Source: Lingula anatina
Taxonomy: Eukaryota; Animalia; Brachiopoda
NCBI GenBank assembly: GCA_051362555.1
Contig: CM120644.1
Location: 19,552,534 to 19,616,533 of the forward strand
Direction of reading: 5' to 3'
Length of the DNA: 64,000 nt
The stretch's first letter is position 1. Every line of letters starts with the position of its first letter. The position numbers were made by a program, and so were the translations under genes. Shown piece after piece: positions 13,251-24,040 of the stretch. The notes below the pieces were generated by a model, which did not search any database, was not told where the DNA came from, and was given only the letters and a program-made list of their open reading frames with translations.

Positions 13251-16238
13251 ATTGCAAAATTCAATTCAGATTCGAATAATTGCTACAGTGTGACAGTGTA
13301 GCACTCATTGCTGATTTGATTATAGTGAAAATGTCTTAATCACTTTCCCTAACGCTGAAAACATGGGTGTGGGCACTTCATATGTCATGTTTGCTTGCCT
13401 AGTTAACATAAAAGCAGTTCTGAAGGCAGGTTCTAACTATCAGCAGATTGACTTGTGTTTGACAGATACAGGGAAGAAACAATAGAAGATGCTACTCGGA
13501 CAAGATTCACAAAGTCATTGCTACCCATAAGACAAGACATCTGATTTATCACATTCCCTGACCCTGAGAACATAGGTGTAGACACTTCATTTGTCATGTT
13601 TGCTTGCCTAGTTACAGAGATACAGAAGTAAAACAGTTTTTCAGCAATGGCGATCCTAATTTGCATATTTAGGAAAATTGCGTAAGTCTAATTCTAACAG
13701 AAACATCTTAATAATGTTCCTCGACCCTGAAAATATAGGTAAAGACACTTCATTTGTCATGTTCACCTGTCTAGTCCCAGAGATATTGCAGAAAATAGGA
13801 AATCTGGCGGCCATTTTGTTTTTTTGCAAATTAGACCGTTAAAAACGCAAAATTTTGCTTGGGAACCGGGTAAATCGGATTCAGCATCCCAAAATTATGC
13901 CAATAAGCCTGGTTCCCAACTTTTACCCCAAAATGCCCCTACTATTCATCTTTTGTGGAAATCCCACTAGACTATAATACAGATTTATGAGACTAAAGAT
14001 TTTTTTTACCATAAGAATTCTTGATGATCGTTCCAAGGCTTGGGAGGGAATACATCTCACACCAAGCAGATTAGATGTTTGTAGTTATGATGAAACTTTA
14101 TTATGAAGTGATACCGGGTATATCAAACCCATACAAAATATTTGTTCTTGTGAAACAACTCAATGGATTTAATGTGAAGATTCCATATGAAAACTTTACA
14201 GTTTGTTTTGATACATTATCCTAGAAATACATCTTTTGATTTAAAGATGCTTGTGAAAAAGTATTTTTTTTAGTACATTCATGTCAATATTATGTATGTT
14301 CTTCATTATTTCACTGTAATAAAGGATGTTTTTCAGGAAAAAATGTGTGTTAAATTGTTTCTCTTTTTCTCTGATCTTTTTCTTTTCACTTAAATTTTAA
14401 GAAAGAAGACTAAAATAATTTTTGTGAAAAAATGGAATAATATTAATAAGCAGATATTCCTATTTAAAATATACAAGTATATAAATTTTGATTACCTTCA
14501 AATTAATGGATTATGATTTCTTGTATGAAATGCTTTGCTGAAGGATTGTCTGTATAATTAAATAGTTTTTTTGATGATAACAGACAACTGCCCATGTTTT
14601 TCATTTAAATTTCTGCTATGTGTCTGCTCCAATCAGTTTACCTCAAATGATATCCAAAACTTTTAAATATAATACTTATTTCATCATTTTTTATTTCTTC
14701 GTGTGATGAGCCCTCTTTTCCTTTTTAATAAATCTTTATATTTTTTTTCAAATTCGCCTGCAGTACTTTTAAATGACCCCCAAACTGTCACTTGCTAAAC
14801 GTCTTTCCATTTACCAAAGAATCAAACTAGATCAGAATTTCAGCAACATTTTTTCATTATTTGTCATGTTTTTCTATTCATTCTTTGCTGAATTTTCTCA
14901 CTTAAAAAAATCTAAAAGCTTTTCCTTAAAATTTCCACTGTAACTTCACTAACTAGCATTTATTTCAGACACAAGTACAATATTTTATCAGTGTTTGGCC
15001 ATTTCTGCTCATTTTCATTTACTTCCTTTTTTCTTTTCTTTTTTTTTTTTTTTGTTTTTGTATTTTTCGGTACGTCATGCTGATTGCCGCATAGTTTAAG
15101 GCCAGGTTTACCAATTAGGGAGGAGGGTCGATCCCCAAAGTGCAATTTTGGTTGATTCTTTTTTTTTTTTCTGGGAAACACTTTCCTGGTATTTCCGGCG
15201 TGCCCCCCCCCCCTTTTTTTCCTACTGTTTTCGTATTTTTCTGTGCTCAAAGGTAACATGGCTGTTAATTGTAGGCCAAAACAAACCTTTTTTACATTTT
15301 ATTTTTCTAAAGAATATCAATAAAGGAATTTTAATGCACTTCTCTTGGTACTTTAGTTCTTAGTACAAGATCATTCTTTATAAATGCAGAATCAAGTTGA
15401 TTATTAATATCTACCGGGGCTCTCGTCCAAAAGACCTACTCAGCCTTCCAGCTGTTACAAAATTCATCCGAAGGGCGATTCGAGCAATGATTTATAATGA
15501 GAAGGAAATTGTTTTATTTCTTGGAGGAAATTACATTTGGTAGCTTCAAATCTATACTATTTTTATCAAATAAAAAAAAAAATCAAGATCAAGATCACCG
15601 CTATTTGAAATCTCTGATATGGACATCACTTCCGGACAGCCTTATATTACCACAGGCAATCTAATTTGCATATAAGAGAAAAATGCATTCTTTTTCTGTT
15701 TTTAAGATGTATACAGTTTTTCTTTCATTTTCGTAAATAGCAAGTCCCACTACACTCATAAATTCCAATCATTTCATCGACATGCCCTGTTAATTAATTC
15801 ATTTATATTAATTATAAAACTTCATATCACAGGCGTGAATCACGTTATCACGTCCAAGTCATAACATTGTTAAACTAGCGCCAATAACTGCAGTGGAGAA
15901 TGTAGGTCAATTGCCTGTACAATTCTCCCATAGCATTATTGATTTTTTCTGGTGTGGAACATTTAAGGGAGAGACGGACGATAGAGAGAGGTATCCATTT
16001 GAACCGCAAAATAAAAAGAGAGAGTGGAGCTGTTATAATCAGAGTCTATTATGCTTTTTGAGAAGAGTGTAAAAATAGCCCACTTTTCCAGTTTCACTGT
16101 GTAGCACTTTGCAGATAACATGATAATTCTCTATGCCATCTGTCTCTCCCTAACAATTTGTTGATCACGTTAACTGTTCAACTCCCGGCAGAAGATGAAC
16201 CTGCCAACGATAGTTTTGATACACAGGTGTAGGAGCCG

Positions 16239-16355
16239 CACCCTGAACTTCAGATCTTAATAGCAATTAACCCTTGCCGTTTCAAGTAACTGGAAACGAC
16301 AAGGGTATGCCATAGTGTAGATGTTTATTTCAAGTTATCTCTGAAGCTCAGGGTG
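16239..16355. mobile_element. 117-bp MITE with 8-bp TSD (hAT/P-type)
   Basis: TIRs CACCCTGAACTTCAGA / TCTGAAGCTCAGGGTG. AGGAGCCG is duplicated at 16231-16238 and 16356-16363. Confidence 0.85.
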
Positions 16356-16756
16356 AGGAGCCGGGATAGGGCGAGAGGGGAGGAGGGGGGGGGGCTTAAC
16401 CCTTTCACAACCAACTGCGTCACCCCTGAGTAGGGGGGCGAATGTGTTCCCTCAGCACTAACCAGTCAATTTATCTAAGAATCATTCACTGTTATTATTA
16501 TTAATAACTGAAAATGATTCCGAGTTTTTTATTTGAAAACTATTTAATGAAACGTAAACAGAACCATAGAAAATATCTGGTTGAAATTATTTTCCTATTT
16601 TTAAATATACGTTCACAAATGAAAACGAATAAAATCCAATAAAAACATACATGTGTTTGCACTAACCGAGAACCTATCCAGTGGCAGATTTAGAGGGGGG
16701 GGGGGTCAAGGGGGTCCTGACCCCCCCCCCCCTTCTTCGATTTCTGTTACCCTCTA

Positions 16757-16958
16757 GAAATTAGAATTTTGACTAGCTGAATCATAGTTCTAAACCATAC
16801 CAAATGGCACCTTTCGCCCTCTTAAATACCAAATTTTTTCAGGGCTTTTCATCGGGCCCCGAACCCCACGCCAAGTTGGGGGATGGGGAGGGGGGGTCGG
16901 CTTCGCATCCGCGGAGCCCCCCTTCACTGCTTCAGATAATCCTGGATCCGCCCCTGCT
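16757..16958 (-). repeat. Inverted copy of the 11059-11245 repeat
   Basis: Reverse-complement similarity. Confidence 0.75.
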
Positions 16959-17792
16959 GGCCAACTAATTTCCAATTTATTGGCGTAGGGGCGGATCCAG
17001 AGATTTTTTTTCTGACAATCTTCCAAATTATCTTTGTTGATGCATCCTCCATTTTTGACCGTCTTCCGACAGAAAAAAATTAGATACCCGTCAATGTGAA
17101 CTCGAAAATCCAAAAGACGGCCTCAATCTGCCCCTGCATTCTCCACCCGAAACAAATTTTCTCAATTCAGGACTTATATTTTTAAGAAATGATTTATTGT
17201 ATGAAATGAAGGACTTCGTTATCTTTAAGTAAAAACTACTCATGAACTAAGAAAGACCTGTTCTTTGAAATTCCTCCTTCCCCCGCCCCCTTTTTCTACT
17301 GCTACCATTCAAACAAACCGCTTTCAGCTCTTTGTGTGTAGTGAGCGTCACAAGTTTACACTTATTAAATTACATATTTGAAAATATACGTAAATATGCT
17401 TTATTCATTGTAACGTATGCATCTACATGGATAGATGAAAATGTACAAAGGAATGCAAATATATATAAATATGAATTATGATCAATAGTGATATTGTATG
17501 ACTCCTTGTATGAAAAAAAAAAAAAATACAAAACATATTTGGCAGAGCCCAAATGGCTCTACCTACTCAACTGGTTATGGGTGCAGCACAGTCCCTTTTT
17601 TGGAAGGCTAACCATTCATAACATAATGTAAATAACATGTTTTAAAATATGGAAGAGCAAAAATAATACGGATCATATTACTACAGTTACTGACAAGGCA
17701 ACCAGATGATGTCGCTTGATGAATGGATTGTTCCTTGTTATCAGCAATTTTTGCTTGTTTCTTTGCCAGAGATAAAAAAAATTAAACCAGTT

Positions 17793-17798
17793 AAAAAA
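17793..17798 (-). terminator. Pol III oligo-T terminator of tRNA-Gly
   Basis: T6 on the minus strand 4 nt downstream of the tRNA 3' end. Confidence 0.8.
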
Positions 17799-17802
17799 CT
17801 AT

Positions 17803-17873
17803 TGCATCGGCCGGGAATCGAACCCGGGCCGCCCGCGTGGCAGGCGAGCATTCTACCACTGAACCACCGATGC
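17803..17873 (-). tRNA. tRNA-Gly-GCC: tRNA-Gly (anticodon GCC)
   Basis: GCATCGGTGGTTCAGTGGTAGAATGCTCGCCTGCCACGCGGGCGGCCCGGGTTCGATTCCCGGCCGATGCA: canonical cloverleaf with A and B boxes. Confidence 0.98.
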
Positions 17874-18760
17874 TTGATACCTTATTCCCACCCCCCCTCA
17901 TCCCGCCTCTCCCCCCATCCCCTTCACACCGTGGTGTTCAACGGTTGTCAAAGCCTGGGTCCGGTTGGGCAACACTTTAAAGACATCACAAGATATTAAA
18001 AACTGAGCAACCAATGTTTCTTTTATTTTAAATATCAATAAACATATTTATTTCTGTGGAATGCAGTAATTTACATAATCACAGGTAGTCCTATCTCTGC
18101 CTTGGCCACTCATAGATGTGCGTGATGACAATGATTACTGACACAGGTATTCGTTTTACGCGTTCAGTGCATTTTGAACACGGAACATGTATTACATACT
18201 TCCTTTAAACAAAAGATGTCCTGAGAGGCATTGTTTTTTATTATTATTTTATTTTAATTTTTGAAACTACTGCCGACTTTTCCAACTCTGTCCCTTTGGC
18301 GCAATTATTAATTTCTAAATTTGTGTTATTTAAACGTTATTTAAACATGTCATTACGCGGCCCGTCCTTGTATTAAGATTCGATGTTTTATCTAAACCTT
18401 CATATTATAATTTACCTCTAAATGAATGGCCAATGATTTACAACAACACTTTCCTGGCTAGTACATGTAGGTCTACATCCACAAATCACATACTGTACCG
18501 GGTATGGCTTCGTTTTCCTTGTATAAGCCACAAGAAATTGGCACGTTTTTATTTTTATTTATTGATTTATTCATTCTTTTTATTTATTTTTTTTCTGACG
18601 TGACCTTGCATGGCGTCAAATTCAAACGATTTTATTTCTGGCTTCAAGTTGTGAGATGTCACGGCTACCTCCAGAAGTTTAGAGGAATCCACTTGCAATC
18701 CATGAAAGTAAGGCTGGATTCCCATCCCTAGATCGATCGAACAGGATCGGTTCATGTCCA

Positions 18761-18924
18761 CAGGGTTTCTCGCTAAATTTCTTTTAGCTTAAGTGGCTTC
18801 TAAAGATGTCTGAGACGCCTACTGAAGCTGCTAAACGATAGTTAATGAATTAATCAGCTTCAGTGGGCGTGACATACATCTAATTAAGCCGCCTAAGTTA
18901 ATTGCAATTAAGCGAGAATCCCCT
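18761..18924. mobile_element. Degenerate short MITE
   Basis: CAGGGTTTCTCGCT ... AGCGAGAATCCC inverted ends; TSD unclear. Confidence 0.5.
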
Positions 18925-19467
18925 TGGAGATAGTTCGATCCAAAGTTAGTACGATAGGGTCTGGTAATGGTCTCTAAGGTACCAGTATCAATAATTTCTA
19001 TCTTCATTATGTGTATTATACAAGCTTTTGCCACCCACCCACTTTCCGGTAGCTTGATGTCCTCAGCCATTTTGGAGAAGGGATTAGTAGCCTACATAGG
19101 CTATATCAGGGACAGAAATCATGCAGGTCAGAGATCGCCAAGTCATGTTGAAGTAAACGGTTTCCTTTTTTTTAGGATTTTAGGAGCTTTACCCCGGCAC
19201 TTGACAATAATTCCTTTGAAGCTGGCACTGCGGCGCATCTTTAGAATAAAGAAATAAAAAAAAATATAAGATATAATAATTTGTTCCTTATTGCTTTTTA
19301 GGGCCTACAAGGAGGTCACCTTATTTGTTATGTTTGTTTTTGTTTTTTGTTTTTAAGTCCATTTGTTCTCAGTTTTTCAAATATTCTGTGTTATTTTACA
19401 TGTAACATGTAGTGGCCAGGGTGGTTTCTTTGCGGAGTGTTTAGATCTACGGTGGTTGTTCACTCTT

Positions 19468-19505
<38 letters not shown>

Positions 19506-19569
19506 ATCTTCAAAACAGGGCTTGGCAAAATTAATGAATAACAATGCAGTTCTTTAAAAAAATGCATAA

Positions 19570-19970
19570 ATGAGCTCCGACGAAGCAGAAGCGCAAAAGT
19601 CCGCTGAAAGGCAGGTGTAAGGTAAAAACACAATCACGGTTGAGACACCGGTTGGCTAACCTCGCGTCAGGTCCGATAATTTACGAGATTCAAAACGTCA
19701 ATGGAGCCTCTCGTGTTAGTTTTCTGCACTTGTCTCACCCAGTTAGTCTGCCAGCCGTGCCTGGTATGGGGTCCTGGGTTATAGTAGATGATAGGAAAGA
19801 ACGTACGGCAAAAACTTGGGTGTAGACGACAGTAGTCTAATGTAAGTTTACGCACTATCACTGTGTTTTCTCTACACTTAGCCTGGGCCTAGATCTAACA
19901 GTGACAGCAATGTAGCCTTGTAAGTTACAGGGCGTGTCTACAGTCACGGCTTACCACGTGGGTGCGCTGA
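19570..19970 (+). promoter_or_regulatory. Candidate Pol II promoter/first-exon region
   Basis: Locally unique segment retaining CpGs, just after a long poly-T (19470-19503). GTAAGT donor-like sites at 19842 and 19920. MYB-like sites CGGTTG (19637, 19649) and CAGTTA (19740). Confidence 0.35.
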
Positions 19971-21311
19971 ATTTGCTTAGCTGTTCCTTTTCTGTCGTGA
20001 TTACATATAATATTTTTATGCCTTTATGTGCCTGATTTGTGGCAATATTGCTGTCTTGACAAATAAGATTACATCGTTAATGTCTTTAATTATTTTAGTA
20101 AATTGAAATTTTTATAAATGTAAGTTCAATAGAAAAATCTGTATTCTTTGCACTAGTATATAACTTTTACAAGTTACAACAGGGCCCCGTGTCTCGAAAG
20201 CTTTGCCTATGGTGAGCGGGCGCAAGCATGGCAATTCCTCGCTATCCCATATCTAGCAAGCCTCGCAAATTGCGACCGCAGGGCCGTAGCCTCCGGGGGG
20301 GCAGCTGCCCCCCCCTGGGATTTGAGGTGCAAAAAAAAAATAATCGCAAAGGTAAAACAAAATAATTGCGAAGTTGGTATCAATTCTGTGAGGAAATGCA
20401 CTCATGGCCACTAGACAATCATTCAACAATCTGTTTACAAAGGTGTACTGTTTTTAGCCAACTCAGTTCATGCCAAAAAGCTCACCCTCCCTTAGGGAGC
20501 TATCCCCCAGGCTGTACTTATGACAAAATGAACCCACAATTTCTGACTTCTGATTGAGCAATAAATAGCAGTTAAAATGCACCAGAATGCAGTATTATAC
20601 GCACAGTTTTTTTAAACTTTTCCACACCGTTGGAGGGGGAGACCCCCTCCCACACCCTCCCCCCTCGAGGGCTTTGCCCCCTCATGTCCGCTTACTTGAA
20701 GGTATTATTTGTTGCAGTGGCCTCTGTGTATGCATAATTCGTCATTTTAATGTGTCTTTCATGTAATTAAACATGGTGGCAAGTTTGGGTTGCTAGTCAT
20801 AATAGCATATAACAAAACATTTAACAAAAACATGGAAGCTTATAATAGATTGAATCACTCGGTACCTCTGATAGAAAACTTGCTGTAAATATTCACGTGA
20901 AGAATGCTAAAGTCATGCTCATGTACAAAACATGAAATGTGGCAAGTTTTATGATAAATGGAATGTGAAAAGCCAGAAATGGGGAACCATGGTAACAGGT
21001 AATTGCACGGTCTCCTTCCCTTTCTCCACGAAGAAAAAATCGCCAGTAATCACCTCTTGTGTTTCTTTTGGGTTTGAGTAGTTTTTGTCTTGTTGACCAG
21101 TTACTGTAATTTTCCCACTTTCCTTACATTAAATCACAAAAGTGCACTTCAAGTAGTTACAGCCAACTGGTGTGCCTAATATTATAGCTTAATATAGATA
21201 TAGATATTAATATTGATCTCTATTTTTTACTGCTGTAAGGATTTACATATTCAAGTATCACAAATATTGAAACAGATTTTGCAAAGTTAACATTGTTTTC
21301 ATTTCTTTCAG

Positions 21312-21366
21312 TCTGGGAATAGTGCTAGTGTCAGAAGTCAAAGCTGTCACCAGTAGCCCTCACAAT
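21312..21366 (+). other. Candidate short non-coding exon
   Basis: Strong acceptor TTTCATTTCTTTCAG and donor GTAAGT around 55 nt. Confidence 0.4.
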
Positions 21367-21478
21367 GTAAGTACATTTGAATTTTTTTTTTCACAGTCCA
21401 GTCACCAAATTAGCTGGGGCAGCCAGCTAGCACACCATGAATTGGAATTTTTTGACAATTGATTTCTTCAATTATTAA

Positions 21479-21654
21479 AGGGATAACAACTATTCCTTTT
21501 GATAAAAAAAAAAAAGAAAAGATTTTCCTGGGGCAAACGACAATTTCCCCATACTTGTACCATGGTTAATGAATCCATTCCTACATTCATTCTATGAATT
21601 GTTTCATAGAATTCATTACAAAATATGAATCTTATAAGAACAGTTGTTATCCCT
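21479..21654. mobile_element. Kolobok-like MITE (short copy)
   Basis: TTAA|AGGGATAACAACT...AGTTGTTATCCCT|TTAA. Confidence 0.8.
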
Positions 21655-22215
21655 TTAAGATAAAGTGTGTCCCTTCACAAATCCACTGTTCCCAGTCAGC
21701 CACTTGTGGTCATGAAGGTGTCTGGAGATGTCACCAGAAGACTCCCAACATGGCTTTAACTCCATAGAAACTTCCCCTGGACCCAGTTGATTACAGAGGC
21801 ACCTGGAAAAAGTGGTGTTCATAGTAGTAACTTGACATTTGTTTGCCAATGTTCCCTATGTGTATATGCATAATCAACCATATAATAATGATTACATGAT
21901 TCATGTTCAAGGATGTACTTTCTGAATCCGTGAAAATGGCCACAGAATGTAATTATATTTCAGCAGGTGCACTAATACTACCAATACCAATTGCCAGATT
22001 TTCACAGAGATTGCTTTCTAACGTTATCATGGCATTAAGTCATATGGCACAGTTCATCATGCATATGGGTGGTGCTTGATTTAGAATATTCTTTCTTGCT
22101 TTGTTGCATGTTGGATCATGATGAACCATACTCTTAATTTACCATGTTTTACAGTCATATATGATTGCAGAGGATATTTGAGTTGTTTGCTGGAGTTTTT
22201 GTAATGATAGTTTAA

Positions 22216-22545
22216 AGGGATAATAACTTCCTTTCGGCCAAAAAATTAATTTTCCTGGAGCAAACAATTTTCCCATACTTACCAATAGTTAATGAATCCA
22301 TTTTTACATTCAAAGTTAGTCCCCTTTTTTTTCTAAAAAGTTTGTTTTTTGTAAAAATCTCTTAAGAGATTTTAACAGAGTATAGCCATCAGTGGAGGTC
22401 ACATGGTCTAAAGACAAGCTCAAATATCAGAATAATAGCTATAACTGCCGTTTTTATGGTAAAACAGTATATATTATATTTCTATGAGTTCTTAACAATG
22501 TTTTTATTGTGAAATATAGATCTCATACGAAGAGTTATTATCCCT
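22216..22545. mobile_element. Kolobok-like MITE
   Basis: TTAA|AGGGATAATAACT...AGTTATTATCCCT|TTAA; same family as 29039-29375 (inverted). Confidence 0.85.
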
Positions 22546-22752
22546 TTAAGGGAAAAAAACAAGGAACAGGATACATTCTATCCTTGCAAACACTATAGAT
22601 ATGTATAGTGTGACTGCCCACAGCTTATGCATATATATGTATACATTTTAAAATTTCTTATCCTCTAACATAGGTATATGATATAAGTTTTGACCAAAAG
22701 ACGCATACAGGGAATGTGGCAGGATATGTAGGTCTACCTAGTGTTGTGTCCT

Positions 22753-22955
22753 TTACATGTGTGCCTGACTTCTTCCATTTGGATTTAAAAAGGGTGTTAA
22801 TAGATAAGGCTGAACAGGGTACCCTGAATCCCCTAGTAGGTAACTCTGGGACATTTGGCCTTCATTGAACTTCTGCTGGATATTGGATGAGGTGCAAACA
22901 AAGGAGTCATGTGTAGACCCTGGCCACTTTGCCACCAAATTGGTGAATCTGAAAT
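22753..22955 (-). mobile_element. Harbinger (HARBI1-like) transposase fragment
   Basis: FTNLVAKWPGSTHDS...YLLGDSGYPVQPYLLTP. Confidence 0.9.
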
Positions 22956-23200
22956 GTTAACTTGTGCTTCCATCTTTCTGAAAAAGTGTTTTTCCCATTT
23001 GGGAATAAAGTTGGGAAAGACTGTGCTTCCTTGTTGAATGAAGATTCAGGATGTTGATTTTCTGATGGAGCAAAACATAATATTCTGTCTTTGTACTTAT
23101 CTAATATATACTGCAACAAATCTGGTTGCAAGCATGTTACAAGGAGTGCACTTGCTTTTGTAACTTCATCTTCAATATTATCTGAAAAATGCACTATTTA
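22956..23200 (-). mobile_element. Helitron/Helentron RepHel fragment
   Basis: ILCFAPSENQHP...EAQSFPTLFPNGKNTF...KLT, resembling the motif preceding the Rep domain. Confidence 0.65.
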
Positions 23201-23400
23201 CTTCAAAGTATTTTCACTATTATTACCTTTATTACTGGCAACTACGCACCGAGGTCTAGTGCCCATTCTCTTCTGGATATGTGCATTCTCCTTAAGTAAT
23301 CTCGGTGATCTGGCATGGAGAGGTACGCTGAAATCTTCTCAGCAGAAGTGTTCCCCCTTGCAATAGCTCGCATTCCTAGTACACTTGCCCTGTTGACTCC

Positions 23401-24040
23401 TTAAATAATGTCCGGACCATAGGGCTGCTGTTGCTGGATTCTCCAGAAGGCTGAGCTGTCCCCATCCCCTACAAATGGATTGTATCGTAATCCATAAAGT
23501 TCCATGGAACGACTGTATAAAACAGACGCACCCTCAGCTTCCATGGCCTGGGCTGAGCCTTCGTGGTTGTGGTGGCACTCCTCTAAGTGTTTCAGTTGAA
23601 AGTCAACCTCTTCCGCCGTGGTTTGGAGCAGCTTTAGAAAATTGTCACATGTCCGACACATGGTACACATATAGTGAACGTCCAGAATTTCTCCCGTATC
23701 CAAATTGCAGCTACAAATCCATGTTTAGACAAGTTTCTGGTTTGCCAGGAACCGTCGATGGTAACCCCATAGTCCACAATTTCCCTTGGATCGACATTGC
23801 TCCCTGGGAAGACCTGCTTCACGGGAAGCGCGGTGCCATCCATGCTTTCCTGAGCTCTCTCCCTGGCGGGGTTGCCTAAGGCCTGGGTGTAGAGACACCA
23901 ACTGTTGTTTGCCACTGGAGCTGGCATGGAGAGGTACGCTGAAATCTTCTCAGCAGAAGTGTTCCCCCTTGCAATAGCTCGCATTCCTAGTACACTTGCC
24001 CTGTTGACTTCGAAATACCTCCCTATCTTTCGTGACATAG
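23401..24040 (-). mobile_element. Kolobok-type (Mutator-like domain) transposase fragment
   Basis: FEVNRASVLGMRAIARG...GVTIDGSWQTR...TGEILD...C..C...CHHNHEGSAQAMEAEGA...RS...LRY..FVGDGDSS, with one frameshift. Confidence 0.8.

Larger units (their letters stand above)
10390..13974. mobile_element. Non-autonomous long-TIR DNA transposon (Academ-like; PIF/Harbinger not excluded), 3-bp TAA TSD
   Basis: Termini TAGTCTAGTG...CACTAGACTA. Inverted repeats of ~560 bp (10390-10960 vs 13413-13974; the mirror ORFs 10707+ and 13433- are nearly identical). TAA at 10387-10389 and 13975-13977. Confidence 0.85.
4833..13990 (+). pseudogene. LRP2-like: Decayed LRP2/megalin-like (LDL-receptor family) pseudogene, 3' part with large internal deletions
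   Basis: AG/GT-bounded exon remnants: 4833-4932 (DINQCEETPRVCSQ, cbEGF); 5643-5815 (YIYWTDW...[26 protein letters not shown], YWTD repeats with a frameshift and a stop); 6176-6325 (YANLDDSNRQLVISG); 8645-8752 plus 9308-9370 (CPCKNGVKC...CLCLNNYYGEYCE, EGF); 9699-9839; and 10136-10389 plus 13978-13990 (TNFSNPMY endocytic motif, C-terminus DTDVLVTNTDL*). No transmembrane exon found. Confidence 0.85.

Noticed and set aside
10707-13666. Duplicated 77-aa protein gene pair
   Set aside because: Both ORFs are the two TIRs of one element read in mirror
21930-22140. Possible SWIM-finger transposase fragment on minus strand
   Set aside because: Too degraded to call by eye
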